From contig JAUCBJ010002220.1 in assembly GCA_032718475.1 (NCBI GenBank), positions 57,653 through 121,652 of the forward strand: DNA of 64,000 nucleotides. Direction: 5' to 3'. The stretch comes from Nemertoderma westbladi (lineage: Eukaryota; Animalia; Xenacoelomorpha). The notes beneath the pieces were generated by a model. The model searched no databases and was not told the origin of the DNA. It was given only the letters and a program-made list of their open reading frames with translations. The stretch's first letter is position 1. Every line of letters starts with the position of its first letter. Shown here piece after piece: positions 40,301-53,700 of the stretch. A program made the position numbers and the translations under genes.

Positions 40301-43300
40301 GGTGTTCCGACGCAATCAAATTTCATCCATCTCCAGGGGAAAGACGAAGCAAAGAATAGCTGATTTCTTCTATAAATGAAAGTGTTACCTGCTCTTTTGA
40401 CTTTCATTTAAGATTCGCTATCTCATGGAGTAGGTTAGAAGTTATAAATATAAAAATTGATGTGGTTTTTGAAAAAAATAAAAGGATATTTTGATAAATT
40501 ATTGCTGAAAAACCCCAAGGATTTTGACAGGGCTTTAATACTTCATTATGTTCATGAAATAGCTGAGATACTTGAGGTGAATTGTTGCATTATATATTAA
40601 CTTCAGCTCCAGCCTCTTTGGCAATACGATGAAACTATAATAAATATTCTAGAACACAACAATATTAACATGGAGATAGGCTATTTATCTCTCCACTCAG
40701 ACAGCCACAGATAGGGAGGGGTGTTTTGACACAATCAAAATTCAAACATCTCCGGGGGAAGACGAAGCAATTAATAGCTGATAACTTCTATAAATGTAAG
40801 TGTTACCTGTTCTTTAGACTTTCGTTTAAGATTGTCGATCTCTTGGATTGGGTTAGAAGTCATGAATATGATAATCGATGTCGTTTTTAGTAAAAAATCA
40901 GAGGAGATTTTAATAAATTATTGCTGAAAAACACCAAGGATTTTGACAAGGATTTAATACTCATTATATTCATGAAATAGCAGAGATATTTGAGGTGAAT
41001 TATTGCATTACATATTAACTTTGGCTCCAGCCGCTTTGGCAATACGATGAAACTATAATAAATATTCTAGAACACAACAATATTAACAGGGAGATAGGCT
41101 ACTCATCTCTTCACTCTGACAGCCTCAAAAAGAGGGTGTTCCGACGCAATCAAAATTAATCCATCTCCAGGGGAAAGACGAAGCAAAGAACAGCTGATTA
41201 CTTCTATAAATGTAAGTGTTACCTGTTCTTTTGACTTTCATTTAAGATAAGATTCGCTATCTCATTGAGTGGGTTAGAAGTCATGAATATGATAATCGAT
41301 GTCGTTTTTAGTAAAAAATCAGAGGATATTTTTATAAATTATTGCTGAAAAACACCAAGGATTTTGACAAGGATTTAATACTCATTATATTCATGAAATA
41401 GCAGAGATATTTGAGGTGAATTATTGCATTACATATTAACTTTGGCTCCAGCCGCTTTGGCAATACGATGAAACTATAATAAATATTCTAGAACACAACA
41501 ATATTAACAGGGAGATAGGCTACTCATCTCTTCACTCTGACAGCCTCAAAAAGAGGGTGTTCCGACGCAATCAAAATTAATCCATCTCCAGGGGAAAGAC
41601 GAAGCAAAGAACAGCTGATTACTTCTATAAATGTAAGTGTTACCTGTTCTTTTGACTTTCATTTAAGATTCGCTATCTCATTGAGTGGGTTAGAAGTTAT
41701 AAATATAAAAATCGATGTGGTTTTTGAAAAAAATCAAAGGATATTTTGATTAATTATTGCTGAAAAACACCAAGGATTTTGACCATCTCCAGGGGAAAGA
41801 TGAATCAAATAACAGCTGATTACTTCTATAAAGGAAAGTGTTACCTGTTCTTATGACTTTCGTTTAAGATTCTATATCTCATGGAGTGGATTAGAAGTGA
41901 TAAATATGAAAATCGATGTGGTTTTTGAAAAAAATCAGAGGATATTTTGATAAATTATTGCTGAAAAACCCCAAGGATTTTGACATGGCTTTAATACTCA
42001 TTATATTCATGAAATAGCTGAGATATTTGAGGTGAATTATTGCGTTACATATTAACTTTGGCTCCAGCCGCTTTGGCAATACGATGAAACTATAATAAAA
42101 ATTCTAGACCACAACAATATTAACAGGGAGATAGGCTACTTATCTCTTCATTCTGAGAGCCTCAAAAAGGGGGTGTTCCGACGCAATCAAAATTCATCCA
42201 TCTCCTGGGGAAAGACGAAGCAAATAACAGCTGATTACTTCTATAAAGGAAAGTGTTACCTGTTCTTATGACTTTCGATTAAGATTCTCTATCTCGTGGA
42301 GTGGATTAGAAGTGATAAATATGAAAATCGATGTGGTTTTTGAAAAAAATCAGAGGATATTTTGATAAATTATTGCTGAAAAACCCCAAGGATTTTGACA
42401 TGGCTTTAATACTCATTATATTCATGAAATAGCTGAGATATTTGAGGTGAATTATTGCATTACATATTAACTTTGGCTCCAGCCGCTTTGGCAATACGAT
42501 GAAACTATAATAAATAATCTAGAACACAACAATATTAACAGGGAGATAGGCTACTTATCTCTCCACTCTGAGAGCCTCAAAAAGGGGGTGTTCCGATGCA
42601 ATCAAATTTCATCCATCTCCAGGGGAAAGACGAAGCAAAGAATAGCTGATTTCTTCTATAAATGAAAGTGTTACCTGCTCTTTTGACTTTCATTTAAGAT
42701 TCGCTATCTCATGGAGTGGGTTAGAAGTTATAAATATAAAAATTGATGTGGTTTTTGAAAAAAATCAAAGGATATTTTGATAAATTATTGCTGAAAAACC
42801 CCAAGGATTTTGACATGGCTTTAATACTTTATTATGTTCATGAAATAGCTGAGATACTTGAGGTGAATTGTTGCATTATATATTAACTTCAGCTCCAGTC
42901 TCTTTGGCAATACGATGAATCTATAATAAATATTCTAGAACACAACAATATTAACAGGGAGATAGGCTACTTATCTCTTCACTATGAGAGCCTCAAGAAC
43001 AGGGTGTTCCGACGCAATCAAATTTTATCCATCTCCATGGGAAAGACGAAGCAAAGAACAGCTGATTATTTCTATAAATGTAAGTGTTACCTGTTCTTTT
43101 GACTTTCATTTAAGATTCGCTATCTCATAGAGTGGGTTAGAAGTTATAAATATGAAAATCGTTGTGGTTTTTGAAAAAAATCAAAGGATATTTTGATTAA
43201 TTATTGCTGAAAAACACCAAGGATTTTGACATGGCATAATACTTCATTATGTTCATGAAATAGCTGAGATATTTGAGGTGAATTATTGCATTACATAATA

Positions 43301-43506
43301 ACTTTAACTGCAGCCACATTAGCAATACGATGAAACTATAATAAATATTCTAGAACACAACAATATTAACAGGGAGATAGGCTACTTATCTCTCCACTCT
43401 GAGTGCCTCAAAAAGGGGGTGTTCCGACGCTATCAAAATTTATCCATCTCCTGAGGAAAGACGAAGCAAAGAACAGCTGATTACTTCTATAAATGAAAGT
43501 GTTACC

Positions 43507-43846
43507 TGAAGTACCGGTTCTACCCTAGTTAAACCGACCAACACAATGAGATAACTGAGATAACTGATTACTGTAAACTGGTTATATTGCACGGGTTGGC
43601 CTTGTTACTGTACCTAGCTGGTGCCTCCCTCCCATGGCTAATATCCCTGTTGGCGCCCTTTGGAGTGTTTCCCTTCACTCAAGCTACTCTCTCTCGGTCA
43701 GGGGTGTGGCCCCTGACCCTTATTGTGTGTTTCTCCTTCCCATTTTATTGGGGTGGCACGAGATTGGGTAATCAACCTCGTGTCCCCCAATATTGCTTAA
43801 CGGCTTACTTTATGGGTTTGTGTTAGCGGAATTGAATAAGCTAACA
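43507..43846 (-). repeat. Putative 3' LTR of BEL-1 (340 bp)
   Basis: The minus strand starts TGTTAG directly after a polypurine tract and ends ACTTCA at the satellite junction. No partner LTR is in the window to confirm it. Confidence 0.75.
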
Positions 43847-43885
43847 CTCCCCCCCCATGCTATCTTCCCGGTGAGAAGATAGCAT
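43847..43885 (-). promoter_or_regulatory. Polypurine tract (GGGGGGGGAG) preceded by an 11-bp-stem hairpin
   Basis: PPT at 43847-43856. Inverted repeat ATGCTATCTTC (43857-43867) / GAAGATAGCAT (43875-43885). Confidence 0.75.
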
Positions 43886-44613
43886 CCACCTAAAGTGCGC
43901 TACAATTCCGCTGGATCCCGATCTATTATCGGGTGTGGGGTGGAACTATTTTCCAGAGCCGGTTTTCCAGACCCCCCCCCCCCCCCTATGGGTATGATAT
44001 CGCTACCCGGTTTGCCTGGCGTCCCATGTCGGGCCGATCGTGTGCTCCTCTCACACAATTTTGTTTCCCCAACACTTTGCCACTTTAACTCTACTCTGTT
44101 CTCACCCTGACTCTCCTCTACTTCTCCTCACTACCGCTCTAACTCTCGGACTTCCCTGTCCCTCACTCAGCCTCTTATTCTTCCCACACACTTGAATTGC
44201 ATTCGCACTCTCTCCGCACTCCGCACTATCACCTCTACTCGACCTCTCGTTGACTACCCCATCCCTTCTGCGAATCCTACTCCCCCTTTGTGCCGTCGCA
44301 CTCAAGAAGTGTGAAGTCGTCTGGTGTCTCGTCCATAGTACCATAGTCAGTTAGCCCCCCAGTCCCAGTAGCTAATTGAGAAAGGTTGAATGACTATAGT
44401 ACTTACGTCAAACGTATATTTCATAACTAAACTACTGATACTACGTACGTACATACAAATTGCACTTGTTTAATTATTTGCATCATTTTGAATTTGTACT
44501 TAATAGTTCGCACGTCTCACGTGGCGCCTTCCAGGCGTACCACATCGGAGTCTCAGTTCACCACCTCAAGTCTTTCCCTTTGCCATCCTCCTCCCTGGGT
44601 CGTTTCCTGGTTA

Positions 44614-46406
44614 CTACCGCTCCTCTGGGATCCCGGCATACGACGTCGCCGTTGCTACCTCTTGATAGGTAAACGGTAGCCTCCGCTTTATGATTTCCAA
44701 GTGAGCCTCCTGATTGATAAGGAAGAAACCCTACTTGAACTCCTGGGCCTTCATGCGCTGGCGCGTCATGGCCCCGACGTCAGCCCACTCCTCGAAGGTT
44801 CTGAACTTCTCTTCGTCGTCCATCCAGTCGCACTGGCGTCCGTAGTGTCCCCGAAAGTTACACTTCGGACATCGGTTATGCAACCGTGGACACACCCCCA
44901 TCCTGTGGCTCGACTCGCGGCAGTAGAGACAAAAGGTCCCCTTTTGGAATCGGTACAAACAGCTCCTTTCCTGGTGGGTCTGTCTCCCACAGTAATCGCA
45001 ACTGAGTACCAATGTCTCCCGCCCCACATCGTCTTTCGTCCCAAGCGATCTTCGCGGTCTGTGGAGTCGCTGATAGGCGAACTTCTGCACGTTAGTGTCC
45101 CTGTCTACGTCGATCTCCTCGCCCGTCTCGGGCATCATCTCCCCGAATACTACCCGTGGTGCAGTCCCCGGTTGCTCGCCCAACCTGATAGTGCTCCCCG
45201 CGAAATCCATCGCCGGCTCCTCATGCACCCAGGCCCGCTTTCCGGGTCTATCCCAGAAGGCCCTTGCCCCACTGGCCGTCACCACCCTCCCGCCAACCCA
45301 GTCCATGTCCGAGTGGCCTATCCTCCCAATGGGCGGCATCTCTCTGAACTCGTCGTCGTCTTCATCCTCCTCTGGCAGTGGTTCCAACCCCGGTATCCCG
45401 ATGGATCCACTATGTCCCTTCCCGCCTTGGCTCTCGCCCGTAGCTCTCCATCCCTCTAGCTCCTTTAACTTCCTTGGCGGTTGGTCGCCTTCGGCGCCCG
45501 CTGGTATGGGCATCGCTTGCAACCCCGACGTCGACTGTTTCGGCGATCCCACCGTCCATCCCAGTTCTCGCCCTAGAGACTCCCCCGAACACCCTGATGA
45601 AGTCCAACGAAGTTCGTCTAAGCCTGCCTGTTCTCGAAGCCGTAACTCTGCGTCCTGGCCTCCTCTTCCCTCTCCTCTGCTTCTATCCTTTCCCATCTAG
45701 CGACTTCTTCCAGTCGCTTTGCCTCTCGTCTATCTGTCTCTAGCTGCTCCCATCTCTGATACGGCGTATCTATCTCCCTGTCTATCAGGTGTCGGCTGTT
45801 GTAGTACACCGACTCGCCCTTCAGCCCCGGGTGGTCTACCAGACCATCGAAGGCCGTCTTAAAGGCTCTCCTGTAGCTTAGGGGTGATCCCGATAACAGA
45901 AATGCCGCTGGTTCCCTCTCAATAACCACGGTCATGAATAAGTTAAACAAACTTATCATTATCCAATCTACCTGCAGGATATATCGCTTCTGATATACCT
46001 TCATCGCTCCTCTTCGGAATTGATACACCTCTTGCCTTCCCGGTCTCGCTCCCCACTTTAGCGAGTTCGCTAGTTCTGCTCCGTATTCCTCCCTCAACTT
46101 CCCCCAGTCCATCGGTTTGTGGCATACGAGCCCCAATAGCTGGCCCATTGCCACCGCCCCGCATTGGCCTGTGTTCCCGACTACTCCCAACCCATCTGGT
46201 GCCGTCATAGCCATGAAGACCTTCTGCATATCCAGGAGGTTGGTGGCGTCCGGACCAATGATTCTCTCGGCGTCCTCGCGAATCGCCGATCCCACCTTCG
46301 TCGTCGACTTCTCTCTTACCAGGACTTGCACCGCTTTTGGCAACCGGTTTAATTTTGGCCCGTCCTTTTTCCCATACGTTCCTAGATCGAATAAGAAAAT
46401 GTCCCC
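44614..46406 (-). pseudogene. Extra 3' ORF of BEL-1 with three CCHC zinc knuckles; 5' part deleted, one frameshift and one probable nonsense change
   Basis: ORFs 45618-46343 and 44731-45696 overlap in different frames. The knuckles CDYC-x4-H-x4-C, CLYC-x4-H-x4-C and CPKC-x4-H-x4-C lie at 44830-45000. The frame stays open 38 codons past the TAG at 44731. Confidence 0.68.
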
Positions 46407-47143
46407 ATGTCCCAGATAATCTGGTGGACTATTGGCGATCCTGTGGGAATGATGATGGGTTTCGGTGGTACGACTATGCTGTTGTTGTGTCCCACCCTAG
46501 AATTCATTACTAGAATCCCGTCGTCATTAAGTTGTGGCGACAGCGTGATCAGCTCGCTGTCCCGCCGAAGGTGTTGTTGTTTACCGACGCGTTCCACCTC
46601 GTCGCCATAGTTTTTCCGTTGTTCATAGCGGATGACTGCCTTGGCCGCTCCTTCCAGATCTATTGTTGTCCTGATCTTCTTGTCTTTGCCAACTCCCGCG
46701 AGGAAATTCCCGAAGGCTCTCCAGTACGCCACTAATTTCTTGGTCTTATACCAACTAGAGCTGTAGCTGAGGAGTTTATCCGTTGGGTTATCGCACAGTT
46801 CTTCTGGTTTAGGTTGCACGTCCCTTATCTCCCTCACCATCTGGGAGTATATCTCTTCTCCCTCTGAATCTTCCTCTTCTCCTTCTGACACTACCTCTCC
46901 TGAGCCCGGATCCACCTTTCTCATCGGCGGCCAGGCCTCCTTGTCGCTCAGAAACTGCGGCCCGTGTTGCCACAATCCTTCCTTTTTTAAGAAAGTGTGG
47001 CGTGCCGCGCCCCTTGATAACAAGTCTGCTGGGTTCTCGTCCGTTGGGCAGTAATGCCACCTTTCCAATTCTGTGGTCGCCCTTATCTCGTCCACCCTAT
47101 TCGCGACGAATATAGGGTATCTCGTCCTTCCGTATGTACCCAA
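46407..47143 (-). pseudogene. BEL pol: RNase H C-terminus and linker, ending just before the integrase HHCC domain
   Basis: FVANRV, WHYCPTDENPADLLSRG, WQHGPQFL, LSPQLNDDGIL and PIIIP are typical BEL/Pao pol motifs. Confidence 0.88.
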
Positions 47144-48888
47144 CCAAGCACTACCATGGAGTCCGTCCAGTAGTGTGTCTCCACTATGTTGGGAATAGTA
47201 TCCACTAGGTAGGCTGTGGCTCTAACTCCTAGTCTCGCAGCTGTCAATTCTAATTTGGGAACTGATGCTGAATCTGGCGGCGTTGACTTTGCTTTGCTAA
47301 AGGCCAGTCTGGGCTTGTGAGCCCCTTCTCGTTGTACTAAATAAAGTGCCGCTCCGTACGCCTCCAACGACGCATCGGAGAACATGTGTAGGTCCAGATT
47401 CGTCATGTTCCCATCCGGGAAATACACTCGTAGCATGTTGTATGTTCCCATCTTCTCCAAAACTTCTGTCCACTTACACCACTGTTTCTTGATCTCCTCT
47501 GGTACCTCTACGTCCCACTCATCCTTCAATTTGTATACTCTCTTGAGTATCTGTTTCCCCGTGACTAATAGTGGGGATGCTAGACATAGGGGATCGTATA
47601 TCCTTGCTATATACGACACATAGCCCCTCTTCGTGTGGATGTCTGCGCCCTCCTGGCTCAGCTGATACTTCAGTTCATCTGTCTCTCTGTTCCACACGAT
47701 TCCCAGTGCCTTCTTTTGAGATTCTGTCCTCTTGTTCGCCATGTCCTGCCCTTTGGCTGTTGTGGGATTATCCATGGTCGATTCTGGTCTCTTGTCCTCT
47801 ATCGCCTTGATAAATTCCTCCGAACTGGATTGGAATTTGGTCAGGTTAAAGCCGGATCCTTTTAGGATGTCGCGAACCTCGCGCCCTGTGTCCAGTATCT
47901 CCTTAACCGTATTTCCAGACTCCATTCCGTTGTCTACGTAGAAGCCGCGTCGAATCATATCGACGGCCCTAGTGCTGTATCTATCCTCCTTCCCCTTCAC
48001 TGTATCTCTCACTGCCATAGTCGTCGTAAATGAAGACGACTTGGCTCCCATGTTCTGTACTACCATCTTGTACGCCGGTATTATCGACGGTTCTTCCTCG
48101 CCGTTATACCATAAGAAGCGTTGACTGTCGCTATCTTCCTCCGTTACACGGACTTGGTTGAACATGCCTTCTATGTCACACGTGAAGGCGTGTTTCCCAT
48201 TTCTAAATCTAAGTAGGACCTCTATCCCCGAGTTGAATATGTTTGGACCTTCTAGCAGATAGTCGTTTAAGCATTTTCCATTGGTCTTTGCCGATGCGTC
48301 AACTACCATCCGCAGTTTACCTTCCTTTGGGTCTAAAGCCACGTGGAGTGGCAGGTAATATGTCTTGTCTGTGTTTGGTTCGTCGACCGGTAACTCCACG
48401 GCCCATCCTTTCTCGACGTACTTCTTAGTCGTTCTGTGGATGTACTCATTCTTCTCGGGGCTCCGTTTTAGTGTCTGTTTCAGCTTGCGGAGCCTCATGA
48501 GTACCATCCCTCTATTATCGGGCAGTGGTAGCTTCGGCAGCTTCCATACCATTCCTATGGTGTACCGCCCCTCGTCGCACTTCATAGACTCCTCTATGCT
48601 CTGCTGAGCCTGTTTGTCTTCCACCGAGGTCCCGACCCCGGTCTCCTTTAATCCTTCAAAATCCTGTCTTAGCAGCCTTTTGAGCTGCTCCTCTGCTCTC
48701 TCATCACTCATTTCCTGCATAGTTCCCGCGAACATGCATCCTGATGTCTCCGACATCCTAAATGGTATCTTGCTCTTGATTGGGCCACTTAGCGTCCACC
48801 CGAATGGTGTCAGTATCGCCACCGGGTCACACTGCTTGTCTTCGCCGAAGACCGTTTGCATTCTTTTGTGGGCCGTTGGGCAGTCCAT
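47083..48888 (-). pseudogene. BEL pol: reverse transcriptase and RNase H (frameshifted at both ends)
   Basis: YYLPLH, KLRMVVDAS, LNDYLLEGP, DIEGMFNQV, MGAKSS, FYVDN, KALGIVW, YDPL, HMFSDAS, PKLELTAA, WTDS. Confidence 0.93.
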
Positions 48889-48893
48889 TCCTA

Positions 48894-50711
48894 CTATGAT
48901 GGATACCTTCCTAACGTTTTGAGAAGTATTGTTGAGTAACGGATTGAGAAGTCAATATCATCCAGAAATTTATATTGCTCGACCTCGATGTTGGTTGGCC
49001 GTCTGGCATTGATGTTTATTGACTCTATCACTTGGATGGGGTCGATGCTCGCCCCATAGTCGCATCCTGGTGCTATTGCTGAGATGGTGCACCATCCGGT
49101 TCTCATTTCCAGGACCTCATCTTTGCTGGAGATGGTTGTTACCGCCATTCTACTTGGCCTCGTTCTCAATCCTATTTCTTCGGCCACCCAATCCTCGACT
49201 AATGTGAAGGCAGCTCCACTATCAACCAGCATTAGTGTTGTTACTGATCGATTGCCTTCTCCAATCACTCGCACGGGTACTACCCCAAGTAGCACCGTTC
49301 CTCTCTTCTTCGCCCCTACTGTGCTCGTTGCCATCGTTTGGCCTTTCCTTTGACCGAACTTGACCGGCGTCTCCTTGCATTGCCTAGCTCTATGTCCACT
49401 CATCACACATCGCGAGCAGATCTCATTCCTCGCCGCATATGCTACCTGATCTTCCCTGGGTAGCGCTTGCCAGTACCTGCAGTTCATGGTTTGATGAAGC
49501 GCATTTGTATGTAGCTGGCATTTGCTCTTTGGGTCGTAGCCCTCCTTATACAGTGCATCGCGTATCGCAGCTGCGTTTGTACCAAAGTCCCTACTATTCT
49601 TATTGTTTGGGTTCGGCCTACTGGACGTACTGGGGTTATATTTGTTCGTGTTGTTATTGTTCCCCTGTCCGTTCCATGGTGTGGTCTTACCTTCGGCTAC
49701 CTGTGGGCTTGCAGTCCCCTGCGTCGCTGCATATGGCAGTGATTGCCTGAGCCTCGGTAATGCGCTTGACGTATTGTGCTCTGGTTTCGGTCTATGGTAA
49801 TCCTTCTTCAGTCCCTTTCCCAGGCTATCCTCGCTATAGACTGGGTCGGTTATTAGTTCAGCTTCGTAGTTTAAGAAGCTCGACATTTCTTCTAAACCCG
49901 GTTCCGCACCCTTCCTATCTCGAGTGGAGAAAGCGATTTTCCTCCACTTGTTGCGCAACCACATCGGTAGTGCCTGCGCTATCGTTGTGATGTTGTTGGA
50001 CGCGTTGAGTTCGTATGGCGCGTCTAGCGTCTTTAACACGATTAGCGCCTTCTCGACCTTGTTCGCGAATGTCTTAATGTTAACGGGATTATCCTGTAGG
50101 CCACCCGATGTTATGCCTCTCAGGGTCTGCCTGATGATCTTGGCCGGGTGCCCGTATTCCCTGTCCAGTGCCCGCCATGCCGTCGTGAAGCCGCCCTCTA
50201 TGCCCTGATATTGCCTCACGATGTCGTATGCTGGGCCTCCTGTGTATACTTGCAAATACTTTAGGCACTCCGCCTGCGTTAAGTTCTTTGTTAGTATTTC
50301 GTTACTATACATACGCCAAAACTGGAGATATTCTTCCGGCCTACTCCCATCGAATTTGAATGGTTCCACGGGTGGTAATTCGATCCTTGTTTTTAATGCA
50401 TCGATCAATGTGGCCATCCCCATCGCCTGTGCTTCCAATGGATTCGATGGATGTTGTATAGTTCCTCCTGTTGGGTGCGGTCCGCCCGTCCTATTTTCTG
50501 CCTTTCTTTGGCTTGGGTATATCATTGGGGGTAACGGCCCCCTCCATATTTCAATGTCACACGACCTATTTTCATCCAAGGGTCTCGTTGTTCTTGCTCC
50601 TATCGGGGTATATTGTTGATATTGCGATGGGGGAATGTCACCCTGTCCCCCCCCCCCCCCACCGGTATGTTTGGTATTGGGGTTGATGTTAATATATTGG
50701 GGCCCATGCAC
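48894..50711 (-). pseudogene. BEL gag core, zinc knuckles and aspartic protease
   Basis: LPPVEPFKFDG, YLQVYTGGPA, AWRALDREYG, LPMWLRNKW, CSRCVMSGHRARQC and the protease motif LVDSGA. Confidence 0.9.
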
Positions 50712-53700
50712 CTATCCGCAATAATTCCCCCCTCCCCTGGGTATATGTTATGTCCTTGCATGCTGTAGTCATACTGCTGTACTGGTACCGGTATAGGCCT
50801 ATCAGCTTCTGGCCTACCTGCCGGTATGTACTCCGCGACTTCCGGGTTTAATTCCATCGTCCGCGCTATCCTATCGCCTACATTATTCCTGTCAGCATGG
50901 CCTATGGTATGTGCAGTAAGGCCTACAGTATGTCCTACAGTCTGTATGTGTTGCTCGGGATCGAAGTTTATTCCTCTCGAATAATCCTCCCCGCGGCTAC
51001 CGTACTCTCGATCTGTAGGTATATCCCGTCGGAAAGTTTCTCTTCGACCCTCTCTACTACTCTCGTCTTCGTGCCGGTACATCGTGTACCCCTCCCTCGA
51101 CGCGTAACGCGTCTCATTAGGTCGCGTCTCTCCGGGACGACGGCAATCTCACGGAGTTCGACCCCACCGACTCTCTCTTTCTATCTCGACTACCGACGGC
51201 TCGCTATCCGTCCTTACTCTCCTGTCGTTCGCGGCGATACTTCTTCTGCTGTCTTCTCTTCTTCTCCTCTCAGCGCAGTATTCCCGCTCGTGAGATCTCT
51301 CGTCGACCTCCCGGTTAAACTCCACTGTTCTTCTTCCCTCTTCTGATCGGGCTCGACGCTTTGTCCGCCCTCTCGCGACGTCAACCTGCTTCTCTCTGCT
51401 CGATCGCACGCCGCTGGGGATACTCGCAATCCCCCTATTACTCTCCGTTGCCGGGTGTTGCGGTTTACCTGATTCGGCCGGCGCATTATCCGCCGACGCC
51501 TGTGGGACACTCTCTGCCACCCCCTCTTGCCACCAACTTCTCGTTGTGGGGCTCCTGTAGCCCCCCCAGCTCGCCACTAACTTCTCGTTGCGGGGCTCCT
51601 GTAGCCCCCCCCCCCCCCCACTCGCCACATATCACACCGCTACCTCTAACTTCTCTTCTATACCCCTCTCCAGTCGACAAAATATTTCTACTGTGGCTGG
51701 GTTCGCTTACCCCTGCCTCTCTCTCCACTACTACTTGGCCTATCGGGCCTACTCCGGGTTGGCTCAACCCCGCCACCCCCTGCCTACCAACTACGTGGCC
51801 TACCAGGCCGCCGTCGGCTCGACTCAACCCCGCCACCTCCTGCCTACCAACTATGTGGCCTACCAGGCCGCCGTCGGGTCGACTCAACCCCGCCACCTCC
51901 TGCCTACTAACTACGTGGCCTACCAGGCCGCCGTCTGTCGGGTCATACACGTCCGACGCGTTCGCGTTAATAGCACCTATATTAGAAACGGAATTATTTT
52001 GTTCGTTCGAAATAGAATCATTTGGATTATTTTGCGCGACTACACTATTTGAATTATTTTGTAAATTCGGGCTTGGATCATTATTTAAATTATTTGAGTT
52101 ATTTTTATTTACAAAATTTAAATTATTATTCGGATTATTTTGCATGTTTAAATTGAAATTATTATTTAGACTATTTGTATTTAAATTCAAATTACTACTA
52201 CCAGGCAAAGTATTTTCTGCAATATAAGCTTGGTTAGGATTATTCGATACGGTACCATTAATATTAAGTAGTAGTATTATTATTATTACCCCCCCCCCCC
52301 CCCCCCCGCCCATACGGTCACACCAGTTTCGTGTCTGTCGTGCGGTCCCTGTAAGTGGGGTATTAATAAATGTATCCACGGCCCTTGGCTCCTCGAAAAT
52401 ATTCGAGCCAGTCCCGCTCTCAGACGCCCCTATCCGCGCCAGTTCTAGTTCGTCTAGCTTTGTACTCTATAAGCTCGCTTTGCTGTCTTTCCAATTCTTT
52501 TCGCTCACGCTCCTCTCTTGCCATTCTCTCCCAATCCTCCCGTGCGTTCTGCTCGGCCAATTCCGCCTCTCTCTTAGCTCCTTCCCTTCGCCTCGCCTCA
52601 CGCTCTCTACACTCACTTTCCTCCCTCGCCTCACGCTCCTTGCGTTCATTTTCCTCTCTCGCCTCACGTCCTTGCGTTCATTTTCCTCTCTCTCCTCACG
52701 TTCCTTGCGTTCCGTCTCACGCTCTTTGCGTTCCGCCTCACGCTCTCTGCGTTCCGCCTCACGCTCTTTGCGTTCACTTTTCTCTCTCGCCACACGCTCC
52801 TCTTGTTCCATCCTCCCTATTTCCTCACACTCTCTAAGGCTTTTCGCGGCCCTTTCGGCCCTCTCTCTGGTTTCTCTAATCAGTACCGCTTCCCTCTCTA
52901 GTTGCATTCTCCCCTCCTCTAACCGTCTATTTATCTCTCTCTGACCTTGTTCTATCAGGTCGAGATGGTACGTGGCATTTATCTCTCTCACCCATCTTTC
53001 TTTTACGGAGGATGTAGCAGACTTATCGGTTACGACGGATTGCCTCCGCCTTCCCGACCTACTAACTTTCCCCCTCCTCCCGGAACTGGAATTCCTTCCG
53101 ACCGACGAGACCGAATCCTCGGGGTCAACCTCGGATTCGCCCTCCTCAGGTCTCCTCCAACCCACAAATTTTATACCCCGGGCATTGGCTAAGTATGGCC
53201 CTACGTACACTGCACCAGGTTGCATACCCCTACACCGCCATAAATCACACAGTTCCTCTGCAACCCCTCTCGCTCTCTCCTTGGCCAGTTCTCTCTGCCC
53301 GAAGCGCATTAGATAATTAAAATGTCTATCCGACTCACCTAGTCCTGTTGTTAACTTCACCTCATCTATCTTCGCCCCCTCCTTGGCCTCCTTAAGTAGC
53401 TTCCGGGTCGCGTTGTAGGCCCGTCGAAGTCGATCAGAAACCCCGACGTCCTCGTCGCCGACCTCTCCTCCGTCTCTCCGGGTCCGACGTCGTACCGCCG
53501 GCCCCACCGTTGCCGTTCCGGTGGGCCGTCCGTCGCCCTCGGCCTGTAGCTGGCCGGCGACATCGGTACCGACATCTCCCTCATCTCTCCGGGTCCGGCG
53601 TTGCACCGTTGGCCCCACCGTCGCCGTTTCGGTGGGCCGTTCGTCGCCCTCGGCCTGTGGCTGGCCGGCGACATCGGTACGTCGACCCTCGTTCCGTGTC

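Larger units (their letters stand above)
1..43506. repeat. Satellite DNA array, ~414-416-bp AT-rich monomer, roughly 85-90 monomers, interrupted by TE insertions
   Basis: The same monomer recurs head-to-tail (e.g. TTAACAGGGAGATAGG at 191 and 607, spacing 416). Length variants come from GGCTTTAATAC versus GGCTAATAC. The array ends at GTTACC|TGAAGT (43506/43507). Confidence 0.98.

Noticed and set aside
384-42494. Dozens of 60-75-aa ORFs (MLMWLEL..., MPKRLEP...) in the satellite
   Set aside because: They appear and vanish with single-base monomer variants, many use non-ATG starts, and they have no recognisable domain. They are by-products of the repeat.
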